In this document: positions 44,286-54,280 of the stretch, in pieces | Numbering within the stretch: position 1 is the stretch's first letter | Layout of the letters: every line of letters starts with the position of its first letter | From: an uncultured Gemmatimonadales bacterium | GTDB taxonomy: Bacteria > Gemmatimonadota > Gemmatimonadetes > Gemmatimonadales > GWC2-71-9 | DNA: 64,000 bases | Assembly: GCA_963695185.1 (NCBI GenBank) | Contig: CAVOGH010000002.1 | Location: 193,216 to 257,215, forward strand | Direction of reading: 5' to 3' | Program-made: the position numbers and the translations under genes | The notes under the pieces: model-generated | The model's input: the letters and a program-made list of their open reading frames with translations, nothing else | What the model was told of the DNA's origin: nothing | Databases searched by the model: none

Positions 44286-44552
44286 GAGATTGGGTGGGGT
44301 GAGGGAACTCTAGTGATAGCGACGGCAGAGCCATTTGGCTAGCGGGGGTGGGCTGGCGGCTCCGGTGCACCTCGCCGCGCGCCGCCGCCACCTCGACCGC
44401 GTCACGAAGCGAGATGGCGTTCGCGTCCCACCTTCCGCATCCTCTGGCTTCCCGTAGATTCGCAAGCGTGCCGGCACCGCCGCGGCCCGCAGCAGGGGCG
44501 CGGCCCAAGGATCGTCCCACCGGCCTGAGACCCTGTGAAAGTGCGGTGATGG

Positions 44553-45629
44553 ATGGCCGAGATTCACCCGATGTTTGTCTTCGAAGTGGCGCAGAGCATC
44601 GACCTCGACAAGGTCGAGCGGCTGCTGGGCCCGGGCTCCGAGCGCCAGACGTTCCGGCACCGGGGCCGCTCGACGACGTTCTTCCATTACCGTCCCGCCC
44701 CGCTGCGCATCTCGCAGGACCGGGCCTCCATCGTGATTCACCGCTGGACCACCGATCCGCAGGTGGAGCTGGTGCTGTACGACTTCGGCGCCGCCAGCGT
44801 GACCTACCGGCTGCCGGTGGCCAGCGACCTCGACGAGTTGCTCCAGGCCAGCGTCGCGCTCCGCTCGACCGAGCTGCTCCGGCAGGACGCCCACGGACGG
44901 GTCGAGGCGCTGCTCAAGTCCATCGCCGGGGCGGTGCAGCGGCCGCGGGTGGCCGACTTCATGGAGGACTACACCCTGATGGGCATGCGGGAGAACCCCG
45001 GCCCCGGCACCGCCGCCCAGTTCTGCGAGGGCCAGGCGGCCCAGATCGCGCGGATCCTGCGGCCGGCGGCGGGGGGGCTGTCCGCCGAGGAGGTGCAGAA
45101 CGCCACCGAGGTGCGGATCGCCTTCGGACCGGACGACGTGACCATCGTGGACTGGGACGCCGCCTTCGTGCTGGACCCCGATCCCGACGACGTGCGGGCG
45201 GTGCTGGAGTTTGCCAATGTGCAGCTGCTGGAGATGCGCTGGCTCGACTTGCAGCTCGATACCGCCATGGAGCGGTCCTACCAGCTGCTGGGGCGGTCGC
45301 AGGGAATCCGGCTCCTACTGCCCTCGTCCGCCTCGGCCGATCTCCACAAGGTGGCGGAGCTGCAGCTGGAAAGCGCGGTGATGCTGGAGCGGGTGTCCAA
45401 CGCGCTCAAGGTGTTCGGAGAGGAATACCTGACCCGGATCTATCGGCTGGCCTCCGCCCGATTCCACCTCGGCGAACTGGACGCATCCATCACCCGGAAG
45501 CTCGGCACCATCGAGAGCATCTACCAGAAGCTGTCGGACCGGGCGTCCGGAGTCCGCATGGTGGCGCTGGAGTGGATCGTGATCCTGCTGATCGCCTCGG
45601 AGATCGTGCTGAGTCTGTGGCACGGGTGA
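44553..45629 (+). CDS. Hypothetical protein, possibly DUF155/RMND1-like, with C-terminal TM helix
   Basis: 358 aa with good GC3. ...VLYDFGAASVTYRLPV... and terminal LEWIVILLIASEIVLSLWHG. The family call is tentative. Confidence 0.45.
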   Translation: MAEIHPMFVFEVAQSIDLDKVERLLGPGSERQTFRHRGRSTTFFHYRPAPLRISQDRASIVIHRWTTDPQVELVLYDFGAASVTYRLPVASDLDELLQASVALRSTELLRQDAHGRVEALLKSIAGAVQRPRVADFMEDYTLMGMRENPGPGTAAQFCEGQAAQIARILRPAAGGLSAEEVQNATEVRIAFGPDDVTIVDWDAAFVLDPDPDDVRAVLEFANVQLLEMRWLDLQLDTAMERSYQLLGRSQGIRLLLPSSASADLHKVAELQLESAVMLERVSNALKVFGEEYLTRIYRLASARFHLGELDASITRKLGTIESIYQKLSDRASGVRMVALEWIVILLIASEIVLSLWHG

Positions 45630-45895
45630 GCTCGCTGGTGTGCATGCCCGGAGCCGCGCATCCGGTGGGTGGCGGCGATGAAGACCGGCCGTTACGCGAC
45701 GCCGCATCGCCGACAGAAGGGCCCGCGCAGGCAACCTAACAAGAGATGGTCAGACGTTGTGCGGCTTTTGGTTGACTTTCACGGTACCGTCTCCCAGATT
45801 GGGCGCGTCCGGGGCGCGGGCCACTCGCCTCGGCAGCGCTGCTCCCCACAGCTGGCCTCCTGCGCCCATCATCGGCGCACCCGCGGGAGGATTCC

Positions 45896-47389
45896 ATGCT
45901 TCCGTCCCTGCAACGTCCTATCGCCCTGGTCCTGCTGCCGCTCTTCCTGATCGAATCCACCGGTTGTTCCAGCACCCATCGCGTGGGTGCGGTGGAGGCC
46001 GCTCCCCCGACCCAGGAGGCGCTCGTCGGCATCACCACCCTGGCGGGGCAGGAGATCGCCTTCGACCGCGAGGGAAGCATCCAGGCCGATACGGTTCATG
46101 CCGTCGTCAGAGGAAACGCCATCAGCGTCCCCGTCGACAGCGTGCAGCGGTGGTGGCTGCGGCGAACAGATACTGCCAAGAGTGTTCTTGCGTTCATCGG
46201 TGTCGTGGCCGGAGTGGTCGTCGTGGCGGCGGCCATAGCGCTCGCTACCAAGGAGTCTTGTCCGTTCGTTTACTCCTGGGACGGCAATGCCTTCATCTTC
46301 GACGCGGAACCGTACGGCGGGGCAATCACCCGCGGACTGGAGCGGGACGACTACAACCCGCTCCCCCATCTTCGGGCCGACGGCGGCAGGTACCGCCTGC
46401 TGGTCACCAACGAAGTGAACGAGACCCAGATGACGAACCTGTTCGAGCTCTGGGCGGTGGACCATGCCCCCGGGGTTCGGATCATCCCCGACGAGTCGGG
46501 CACGCTGCACACGGTTGGCGCGCCGGCGCTTCCCGTCCGCGCCGTTGACCAGGCGGGACGCGATCTCCTGCCATGGATCGCCTTCGACGACCGGCTCATC
46601 TGGGAACAACTCCCAATCCGGGACGTCTCGGGCTCGTTGCGCGATGAGATCACCCTGACGTTCCCAAAGCCAGCCGGAGCCAGGCAGGCAAAGCTGGTCG
46701 CAAGGGTGGGCACGGCGCTCTGGGGATCCCACATGATCCGGTCGCTGCTCGAGGCCAGGGGGCAATCGGTCGAAGAGTGGTACGCTCGGGTGGACGGTTC
46801 TCCTGAGGCGGCGGACTCGGTGCGCGTGTGGGCGGTCCGGGAGGAGCTGTTCGGACTGCAGGTGAACGTGGAGGAGCCCGATGGGTGGCAGGTCCGGGGG
46901 ATCATCGGTGGTGGTGGGCCGTTCCTGGCATCGGAGCGGGTCATCCCGCTCGATGTCAGCGCCGTCGCGGGTGAGGTCTTGACCATCCGGCTGCGCCCGC
47001 CACGAGGTTTCTGGGCCCTCAACTACCTGGCCATCGACTACAGCCCCGATCAGGCCGTGGCCGTGGACACGCTGCTTCCGACCAGGGCATCCGGCAACAC
47101 GACGGCCGACATCCTCGGCGCCCTGAGCAGCGCCGACACGCTCTACTATGCGATGCCGCGCACCGGCGACCGGGCGTCCCTTGAATTTGTGGCGCCCGGC
47201 GCCCCGCCGGCCGGCCTCACCAGGTCCGTCGTGCTGCATAGTCGCGGCTACTATTCTCTGCACATGGAGCCCAGTGGTACGGCGGACACGATGCTGGTGC
47301 GTCAGATGGAACAGGTCCCCGGCACCACCGTGGAGTATTCGGCCCGCCTGTATCAGGTGTGGTCCACGGTGAGGCCAAAGGCGTTCTAG
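45896..47389 (+). CDS. Lipoprotein of unknown function
   Basis: Lipobox LFLIESTGC and one internal hydrophobic helix, followed by KESCPFVYSWDGNAFIFDAEPYGGA.... GGGAGGA lies upstream of the ATG. Confidence 0.6.
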   Translation: MLPSLQRPIALVLLPLFLIESTGCSSTHRVGAVEAAPPTQEALVGITTLAGQEIAFDREGSIQADTVHAVVRGNAISVPVDSVQRWWLRRTDTAKSVLAFIGVVAGVVVVAAAIALATKESCPFVYSWDGNAFIFDAEPYGGAITRGLERDDYNPLPHLRADGGRYRLLVTNEVNETQMTNLFELWAVDHAPGVRIIPDESGTLHTVGAPALPVRAVDQAGRDLLPWIAFDDRLIWEQLPIRDVSGSLRDEITLTFPKPAGARQAKLVARVGTALWGSHMIRSLLEARGQSVEEWYARVDGSPEAADSVRVWAVREELFGLQVNVEEPDGWQVRGIIGGGGPFLASERVIPLDVSAVAGEVLTIRLRPPRGFWALNYLAIDYSPDQAVAVDTLLPTRASGNTTADILGALSSADTLYYAMPRTGDRASLEFVAPGAPPAGLTRSVVLHSRGYYSLHMEPSGTADTMLVRQMEQVPGTTVEYSARLYQVWSTVRPKAF

Positions 47390-47400
47390 GCAGCCGGCCG

Positions 47401-47871
47401 ATGCGCCACTACTGGCTCGACCGGATCACCCACCTGGAGCCCGGTGTACGCGCTTCGGGGGTCAAGGCCGTGGCGCTGGCCGAGGACGAGTTCGAGGCCC
47501 ACTTTCCCGGCAACCCGGTGCTGCCGGGTGTGTATCTGCTGGAAGGGCTGGCGCAGACGGCCGGGGTGCTGCTCCACCGGTCGGACCCGGCGCATCGCAT
47601 CGCCCTGATGGCCACGGTCGACCGCGCAAGGTTCACCGGGTTCGCTCGGCCGGGGGATGTGGTGGTGCTGCAGGTGGAGATCGAATCGCTCGAGGCCGAT
47701 ATCGCGCGGGTGCGGGGAACCGCATTGTTAGGGGAGCGCGTGATCGCTTCCGCGCGGGTGACGTTCAAGCTGGTCGTCGCCGACCAGCTGATTCCAGCCA
47801 TGTACGAGCCCCTCTGGCGCCAGACGATGGAGACCTGGCTGGGGCACTTCCCCGAGATTGCCGATGGCTGA
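47401..47871 (+). CDS. FabZ/FabA-like hotdog-fold 3-hydroxyacyl-ACP dehydratase
   Basis: EAHFPGNPVLPGVYLLEGLAQTAGVLL matches the FabZ active-site region. Confidence 0.7.
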   Translation: MRHYWLDRITHLEPGVRASGVKAVALAEDEFEAHFPGNPVLPGVYLLEGLAQTAGVLLHRSDPAHRIALMATVDRARFTGFARPGDVVVLQVEIESLEADIARVRGTALLGERVIASARVTFKLVVADQLIPAMYEPLWRQTMETWLGHFPEIADG

Positions 47872-49168
47872 ACGGGTCGCCGTGACGGGCGTGGGGGTCG
47901 TGACGCCGATCGGTTCGGGCTATGAGGCGTATCGTGACGCGCTCCGCCAGGGCCGATCAGGGGTCGGCCGCATCCGGGCGTTCGACTGCACCGGTCTTAC
48001 CACCCAGCTTGCCGCCGAGGTGGAGGAGCGCGAGGTTGATCTCCAGGCCTGGGTGGAGCCGCGCAAGGCAGTGAAGCTGATGAGCCGGAGCGCTCTCTTC
48101 GCGGTGGCCGCGGCCGCGATGGCGCGCCGCCAGGCAGGGCTGGGCCGGGAGGCGGCGGATCCGTGCCGGTTCGGCATCGTCGTCGGGGCCGGCGGCATGG
48201 GGCCGACCGATCTGGACCTCTTCCAGATCCAGGCGGATTCGGTCATCGAATCGGCCCGCGACAATGGAGGCGACGCCTGGGACCTTCCGGCTTTCGCCCG
48301 GTGCTACGAGTCGAAGACCAATCCGGTAGCCACATTGCGCGGCTTGCCCAATCTGGCCGCCGCGCACGTGGCGATCCAGAATGACGCCCGGGGACCGAAC
48401 TCGACCATCACCACGGCGTGCAGTGCAGGCACTCAGGCGATCGGTGAGGGACTCAGGCTCATCCAGCGGGGGGACGCCGACGTGGTGCTTGCGGGCGGCA
48501 CCGACGCCGCGGTCAATCCGGTCGCGGTGCTTGGCTTCAGCCTCCTCGGAACGCTTTCCCGGCGCAACGACGACCCTTCCCGGGCCAGCCGGCCCTTCGA
48601 GCGGGACCGGGATGGTTTCGTCATCGGAGAGGGTGCTGGGTTCGTCCTGCTGGAGCGGGAGTCCCACGCCCGCGCCCGACACGCACCGATGCTGGCCGAA
48701 CTGGCCGGCTACGGCGTCACCTGTGACGCCTATCGCATCACCGACGAGCGCCCCGATGCGGAGGGGGCGGCGCAGGCCATTCGACTGGCCCTGCGCGAGT
48801 CGGGACTGACCCCGGCGGATGTCGGCTACGTCAACGCCCACGGCACCGGCACCCGGATGAACGACATCACCGAGACGCGCGCCCTCAAGCTGAGCCTCGG
48901 GTCGTCGGCCGGTAGCATCCCCGTCAGTTCCACCAAGTCCATGATCGGCCACCTGCTCGCGGCGGCCGGAGCCGTCGAACTCGTCGCGGCCCTGATTGCG
49001 ATAGGCGAGGGTTTTCTGCCGCCCACAATCAACCTCGAGCGAGCGGACCCGGAGTGCGACCTCGACTACGTGCCGAACGTGGCTCGCGCGGCCACACCGG
49101 CGGTCGCGCTCAGCACCTCCTTTGGGTTCGGGGGTCAGAACGCCTGCCTGGCGATCCGCCAGTGGTAG
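47858..49168 (+). CDS. Beta-ketoacyl-ACP synthase (KAS I/II, FabF-like)
   Basis: VAVTGVGVVTPIG, active-site TTACSAG, NAHGTGT, SSTKSMIGHLLAAAGA, FGFGGQNA. Overlaps the dehydratase stop. Confidence 0.85.
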   Translation: MPMAERVAVTGVGVVTPIGSGYEAYRDALRQGRSGVGRIRAFDCTGLTTQLAAEVEEREVDLQAWVEPRKAVKLMSRSALFAVAAAAMARRQAGLGREAADPCRFGIVVGAGGMGPTDLDLFQIQADSVIESARDNGGDAWDLPAFARCYESKTNPVATLRGLPNLAAAHVAIQNDARGPNSTITTACSAGTQAIGEGLRLIQRGDADVVLAGGTDAAVNPVAVLGFSLLGTLSRRNDDPSRASRPFERDRDGFVIGEGAGFVLLERESHARARHAPMLAELAGYGVTCDAYRITDERPDAEGAAQAIRLALRESGLTPADVGYVNAHGTGTRMNDITETRALKLSLGSSAGSIPVSSTKSMIGHLLAAAGAVELVAALIAIGEGFLPPTINLERADPECDLDYVPNVARAATPAVALSTSFGFGGQNACLAIRQW

Positions 49169-49452
49169 ACCCACACGCGCTGCGCGAGGAGGTACAGCGC
49201 ATCATCGCGGAGGTGCTGGTGGTCTCGCTCCCGGAGGTCCAGCCGGGAAAGGCGCTGGTCCGCGACCTGGGCGCGGAATCGCTCGACTTCCTCGATCTGG
49301 TGTTTCGACTGGAGGACGTGATCGGGCGAAAGATCCCGTTCTCCCGGTGGCAGCGCTTCCTCGAGGTCACCCTGCCGGACCAGGACCTGGCGGTCGCTAT
49401 CACGCCCGAGGTCGTCGAAAGCTTCGCGCAGCAGGAAGCGTCGGGCGGGTGA
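49162..49452 (+). CDS. Acyl carrier protein-like
   Basis: GTG start overlapping the KAS stop. Phosphopantetheine-site context LVRDLGAESLDFLDLVFRLED. Confidence 0.6.
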   Translation: MVDPHALREEVQRIIAEVLVVSLPEVQPGKALVRDLGAESLDFLDLVFRLEDVIGRKIPFSRWQRFLEVTLPDQDLAVAITPEVVESFAQQEASGG

Positions 49453-50012
49453 TCTTCTGCGCTCGCGTGGAGCAGCGCATCTGGCTTGCGCTTGCACAGG
49501 AGAAGGCTCCTTTCGCGGTCGCCGCGAGCCGGCGCCTGCCAACCGATCGGGCCGCGGCGGCACGAGCCGAGTCGCTGGCGAGGCGGGCCCTCCGACTGGG
49601 GCCGGATGCCGGGTCGGTCTCGCGCGCCCACACCGAGGGAACCGGCGCCGCGCTGGTGGCCCCGGCAACGATGCGGTTGGGCGTGGACCTCGTGCGGTCT
49701 GGTCGAGTGCGGTGGCGCCACTCAGCCAGCATCCTGCGCCAGCACGAGTGGGATGCCCTGGCGTCCTACGCGCCGACATGTCACGCACTGGGCTGGGCCC
49801 TGAAGGAGGCCGCCGCGAAGGCGAGCGGTGACCCGCGGCGCTACTTCCCTGAGGGGGTGGTGATCGCGACGGCCCCCGAAGGCCTGGTGGTGCGACTTGC
49901 CAACGAGGCGATGCCGCTCGCGACCGGCTGGCTCGACTTCGGAGATCTGCTCTGTGCCTGGGTCGTACCGGTCGAGTCACCGCGACAAGGCTCGGGGGCG
50001 ACCGGGAGCTGA
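49449..50012 (+). CDS. 4'-phosphopantetheinyl transferase-like
   Basis: GTGA overlap with the ACP stop. MRLGVDLV and GWALKEAAAKASG resemble PPTase motifs. Confidence 0.55.
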   Translation: MIFCARVEQRIWLALAQEKAPFAVAASRRLPTDRAAAARAESLARRALRLGPDAGSVSRAHTEGTGAALVAPATMRLGVDLVRSGRVRWRHSASILRQHEWDALASYAPTCHALGWALKEAAAKASGDPRRYFPEGVVIATAPEGLVVRLANEAMPLATGWLDFGDLLCAWVVPVESPRQGSGATGS

Positions 50013-50148
50013 CTTCTTTCCCTTCCGGGAGTCGCTTTGCGACGCCGGCGTCCTCCCCGCTAGGTGCAGCGTCTCCCCTCTCCCAGCCACTCGCCTGACC
50101 GCCACCCACTCCGAGCGCTCCAACCCTAGCCTGCCCCGCTCCATAGAG

Positions 50149-50158
50149 TAGGTTACCT
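50149..50158 (+). promoter_or_regulatory. TAGGTTACCT motif, 6 nt upstream of the kinase ATG (TTACCT at -12..-7); candidate -10 element of a leaderless transcript
   Basis: The identical 10-mer with identical spacing occurs at 54943-54952. There is no purine-rich SD between motif and ATG. Confidence 0.4.
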
Positions 50159-50164
50159 CTACAC

Positions 50165-52864
50165 ATGCCTCCTGCCCCGCAGCTTTCCGCCGCCCTGTCC
50201 GACCGCTACCGCATCGAGCGTGAACTCGGTGCTGGCGGCATGGCCACCGTCTACCTGGCCCTGGACCTCCGGCACGACCGGCGGGTCGCGCTCAAGGTGC
50301 TCCGGCCCGAACTGGCCGCCATACTCGGCGGTGAGCGGTTCCTGCAGGAGATCAAGACCACCGCGAACCTGCAACACCCCCACATCCTGCCGCTGCACGA
50401 TTCCGGCGAGGCCGGCGGACAGGTGTTCTACGTCATGCCGTACGTCGAGGGCGAGAGCCTGCGCGACCGGCTGAACCGCGAAAAGCAGCTGCCGGTGGAA
50501 GACGCGATCCGCATTGCCCGGGAGGTAGCCGACGCCCTGCACTACGCCCACCTGCACGGGATCATCCACCGCGACATCAAGCCCGAGAACATCCTGCTGC
50601 ACGGCGGCCACGCCCAGGTGGCCGACTTCGGCATCGCCGTCGCCGCCGTGCGCTCCGAAGGCGACACCCGGCTCACCGAGACCGGCATGTCGCTCGGCAC
50701 GCCCCACTACATGAGCCCGGAGCAGGCCATGGGCGGGCGGGACATCGACGCCCGCACCGATGTGTATGCCCTGGGCTGTGTGCTGTACGAGATGCTGACC
50801 GGAGAGCCCCCCTTCACCGGTCCGACGGCGCAGGCGATCATCGCCCGGGTCATGACCGAGACACCGCGCTCGCTGGCGTCCCAGCGTCCCACCGTGCCGC
50901 CGCATATCGATGCCGCCGTGCGCACCGCGCTGCAGAAGCTGCCGGCAGACCGTTTCGCGAGCGCGGGACAGCTGCTCGATGCACTGAACCGGCCCGAGTA
51001 CGCGACCCTCGCCGTCGAGGCAGTCGCGGTCTCCGGTTCAACACCCATCGCCATGACGCGACGCCTGAACCGGGTGCTGCCGTGGGGAGTCGCCGCCGCG
51101 GCCGCCGCGTTTGGGATCTTCGAGTGGCAGACACGGCTGCATGCGAGCAACCTGGTCCCGTCCCGGCTGGCGATGCTCACCCCCAGCCTGACCAGTTCCG
51201 GCATCACCTCGCTGCGGCGCCAGCTCGCACTCACCCCCGATGGCCGGTCGGTGATCTTCACCTCGGTGAGCGACGAGGGAGGATTGCAGCTGGCCCGCCA
51301 GGAGCTCGACGCGGCGACACCACGCCTGATCCCCACCCGGAGCGATGGCGAGGTGAGCGATCGGCAGAGCGGGCTGACCAATTTTGTGATCTCGGGGGAC
51401 GGGCGCTGGCTGGTGGCCCAGACCCTGAGCGCCACGGTGCTGCGATTCCCCATCGAGGGGGGAACCGGAGCGCGCCTCCCCTTGCAGGCGTCGGGTTTCG
51501 CGGTGTTTGACGGGAAGGGCAATCTCTGGTCGGACGCCGGTGCCGAGCGCAGCCAGAAGGGGTACCTGGTACGGCTCGGCGCCGGCGACTCCCTGACGCG
51601 GGAGTTGGCCGGCAAGGTCGGGGCGGATCAGCTCATGCAGATCCTGCCCGACGGCCGCACCGCGATCACCATGCTGCGCCCGCCGGGCACGTTCTCCGCG
51701 CCGAGCCGTCTGGTGGATCTGGTCACCGGTGACACCACGCCGCTGATGGCGACCCCGGCGGTCGAGGTCCGCTACACCTCCGGCCTGCTGGTGTACGTGC
51801 TGGGCGACGGCACCATGATGGCGGCCCCGTTCGACCCGAAGCGACGCCGCCTCACCGGGAACGCGGTCACCGTCGCGACCGGAGTCTCGCTCACCGGGAC
51901 CGGCATTGCCCAGATGGCGGTGGCGCCCAACGGCACCGTGGCATACATCCCGGAGGAACCGCGCTGGCTGGTGCTGGTGGATCGGTCGGGAGCGGTCCGT
52001 CCGCTGCTGACGGAGCGCCATAGCTATCACGCGCCGGTGTTCTCGCCCGACGGCCGCCGGCTGTCTGTTGACCTGACCGACGCCGAGGGGCGTGATGTCC
52101 GAGTGCTGAATCTGGGCGAGCGGACCCTGACGCGCGCCACTTTCGACCGCGACGGCCACGACGCCACCTGGACGCCGGACGGGCAGTTCCTGACCTACAA
52201 CTCGTTCAAGTCCGGGGTGCTGGGCATCTACCGCACCCGGCCGGGCCGGGCGGAGCCGGCCGAATCGCTGCTGGCGTCGGGGGCGCTCGGCTACACCGGG
52301 TACTGGCTGCCTGACGGCAGCGGGCTGGTCACGGCCGCCCAGAGGCTGAACGAGCAATCGGGATCCGATATCGCCCTGGTGACCAACGGCGGCCGCGGGC
52401 CGCTGGAGCCGCTGGCGGCGAGCCGCTTCGCCGAGAGCCATCCGGCGGTGTCGCCCGACGGCCGGTGGCTGGCCTATGCCTCCGACCAGTCGAACGAGCT
52501 GGAGGTCTACGTGCGTCCGCTGGGCCGGGATGGCGACCTGGTGCAGGTGTCGCGGGGCGGAGGCACCGAGCCGCTGTGGAGCCGGGACGGACGGGAGCTG
52601 TTCTACCGCGGAATGGTGGACGACCAGCCGCAGTTGATCGCCACGAGCGTGCGGACCGCGCCGTCGTTCTCGGTGACCGCCCGCCGCCCGCTGTTTCCGG
52701 TGGCCGACATGGTGACCGCCACACCGCACCGCAACTACGACATCACTCCCGACGGGCGCTCATTCGTGATGGTGCAGCGCAGTCCCGGCACCCGGATCAT
52801 GATCATCCAGAATCTGCCGGCGCTGGTAGCCCGGCTGCGGGGTGGAGCCGGCGAGTCGCGGTAG
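50165..52864 (+). CDS. Ser/Thr protein kinase with TM segment and C-terminal PD40/TolB-like beta-propeller region
   Basis: GAGGMATVYLA, VALKVL, HRDIKPENILL, DFGIA, GTPHYMSPEQ, then repeated ...SPDGR.../...TPDGQ... propeller-like segments. Confidence 0.9.
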   Translation: MPPAPQLSAALSDRYRIERELGAGGMATVYLALDLRHDRRVALKVLRPELAAILGGERFLQEIKTTANLQHPHILPLHDSGEAGGQVFYVMPYVEGESLRDRLNREKQLPVEDAIRIAREVADALHYAHLHGIIHRDIKPENILLHGGHAQVADFGIAVAAVRSEGDTRLTETGMSLGTPHYMSPEQAMGGRDIDARTDVYALGCVLYEMLTGEPPFTGPTAQAIIARVMTETPRSLASQRPTVPPHIDAAVRTALQKLPADRFASAGQLLDALNRPEYATLAVEAVAVSGSTPIAMTRRLNRVLPWGVAAAAAAFGIFEWQTRLHASNLVPSRLAMLTPSLTSSGITSLRRQLALTPDGRSVIFTSVSDEGGLQLARQELDAATPRLIPTRSDGEVSDRQSGLTNFVISGDGRWLVAQTLSATVLRFPIEGGTGARLPLQASGFAVFDGKGNLWSDAGAERSQKGYLVRLGAGDSLTRELAGKVGADQLMQILPDGRTAITMLRPPGTFSAPSRLVDLVTGDTTPLMATPAVEVRYTSGLLVYVLGDGTMMAAPFDPKRRRLTGNAVTVATGVSLTGTGIAQMAVAPNGTVAYIPEEPRWLVLVDRSGAVRPLLTERHSYHAPVFSPDGRRLSVDLTDAEGRDVRVLNLGERTLTRATFDRDGHDATWTPDGQFLTYNSFKSGVLGIYRTRPGRAEPAESLLASGALGYTGYWLPDGSGLVTAAQRLNEQSGSDIALVTNGGRGPLEPLAASRFAESHPAVSPDGRWLAYASDQSNELEVYVRPLGRDGDLVQVSRGGGTEPLWSRDGRELFYRGMVDDQPQLIATSVRTAPSFSVTARRPLFPVADMVTATPHRNYDITPDGRSFVMVQRSPGTRIMIIQNLPALVARLRGGAGESR

Positions 52865-52884
52865 CCGGCCGCGCCGTCTCGCCG

Positions 52885-54111
52885 CTACGACACCGGGATC
52901 CGCTTCTCGGGGTCGACGAAGGGCATCGGGGTGACCCGGGCCTGGCGGCGGCCCCACTCGCTGGCCACCGAAACGTCGGTGCCGGCCTCGGCGAGCGCCG
53001 TGGGGAGCCAGCAGTACCCGATGTTCTTCTTGAGCCGGGGCGAGTAGATCGCCGAGGTCACCTCGCCGACCCGGCGGCCCTCGAAATGGGCTGGCCACCG
53101 GGTGAAGTTGAGCGCCGGGAAGGGCTCGCCGTCCAGTTCGACCCCGACGAGCCGGCGGTCCACCCCCCGATCGCGGATCCGCCGCAGCGCATCCATCGCC
53201 AGGCATTCCCCCGCCATGTTGAAATCCACCAGCCGGCCCAGCCCCACCTCGAAGGGGTTGTGCTCGTGGGTCATGTCGGCACCCCAGTTGAGGATGCCGC
53301 CCTCGATCCGGCGGATGTCGGAGGGACCGGTGGGCCGGATGTTGTAGGGCGCCCCGGCCTCGAGGATCCGCTCCCACAATTCGGTCCCCCGGCCAGGATC
53401 GAGCAGATAGATCTCATAGCCGATCTCCGAGGTCCAGCCGGTCCGGGTCACGACCACCGGGATGCCGTCGATGCTGGTCTCGCGGAAGAAGTAGTACTTG
53501 AGGTCGAGGATCCCGTCTCCGAAAAGGTCCCGTGCCACCTCGCGGGCCCGGGGTCCCTGCAGCTGCAGCGGGTGGACATCGGCTTCCCGGATCTCGACCG
53601 CGAGGCCGGTGCTGGCGGCGAGTCCCTTGGCGTAGAACAGGACGTCGCTCGAGGCCAATGCGAACCAGAACCGGTTCTCCCCCATCCGGGTCATGACGGG
53701 ATCATTCAGGATCCCCCCGTCGGGCGCACAGATCAAGACGTACTTGGCCTGCCCCACCGCGCAGGCGGAGAGATCCCGCGGCGTCATGAGCTGGGCGAAT
53801 CGCAGCCCGTCCTTCCCCGAGATTTCCAGGCAGCGCTCGACGGCCACATCCCACAGCGTCACGTGGTGCAGCAGGTGCCAGTACTCCGCCTCGAAGTCGG
53901 CGTAGTTGGTGGGGAAGAGCATGTGATTGTACATCGTGTAGCCGCGGGGGCTGTGACGCTGCTCCGCGTCATAGAACGGCGAGCGGCGCAGGCGCGCTCC
54001 CCGCTGCACCAGACTCATGTCGAAGGGAGGCATCGGGGCTCCGGCGGTGTAGGGGTCAGCATCGGGGACCGGCGCGACCGCGACGGTCCTGGCAGCACCC
54101 CGAACGGTCAC
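52885..54111 (-). CDS. Aminomethyltransferase (GcvT/DmdA-like) family protein
   Basis: RRSPFYD, VTLWDVAVERCLEISGKD, LQGPRAREV, TRTGWTSEIGYEIY. The real start may be MSLVQRG at 54018. Confidence 0.8.
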   Translation of the reverse strand: MTVRGAARTVAVAPVPDADPYTAGAPMPPFDMSLVQRGARLRRSPFYDAEQRHSPRGYTMYNHMLFPTNYADFEAEYWHLLHHVTLWDVAVERCLEISGKDGLRFAQLMTPRDLSACAVGQAKYVLICAPDGGILNDPVMTRMGENRFWFALASSDVLFYAKGLAASTGLAVEIREADVHPLQLQGPRAREVARDLFGDGILDLKYYFFRETSIDGIPVVVTRTGWTSEIGYEIYLLDPGRGTELWERILEAGAPYNIRPTGPSDIRRIEGGILNWGADMTHEHNPFEVGLGRLVDFNMAGECLAMDALRRIRDRGVDRRLVGVELDGEPFPALNFTRWPAHFEGRRVGEVTSAIYSPRLKKNIGYCWLPTALAEAGTDVSVASEWGRRQARVTPMPFVDPEKRIPVS

Positions 54112-54280
54112 CCTTGCGGATGAGACCGGGGTGAATCGAACGCGAAGGGGTCATCATCGCGCGGCGGGCGACGACGGGCGGTTCCTCGCGCCGGACCGGC
54201 GTCGAATGTCCCTGCTGGACTTTCCCGGCTGGTGCGCCACATTTGTGAACGAATCCTCAGACAGGCCAGAACCAACCAGG

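Noticed and set aside
46470-46495. A T-loop-like GGGGTTCGGATCATCC string, as part of a general look for tRNA, rRNA, tmRNA and RNase P.
   Set aside because: It lies inside a well-supported CDS (lipoprotein 45896..47389) and has no acceptor or anticodon stem context. I found no convincing RNA gene by eye anywhere in the window; a tRNAscan/Infernal run would be needed to be certain.
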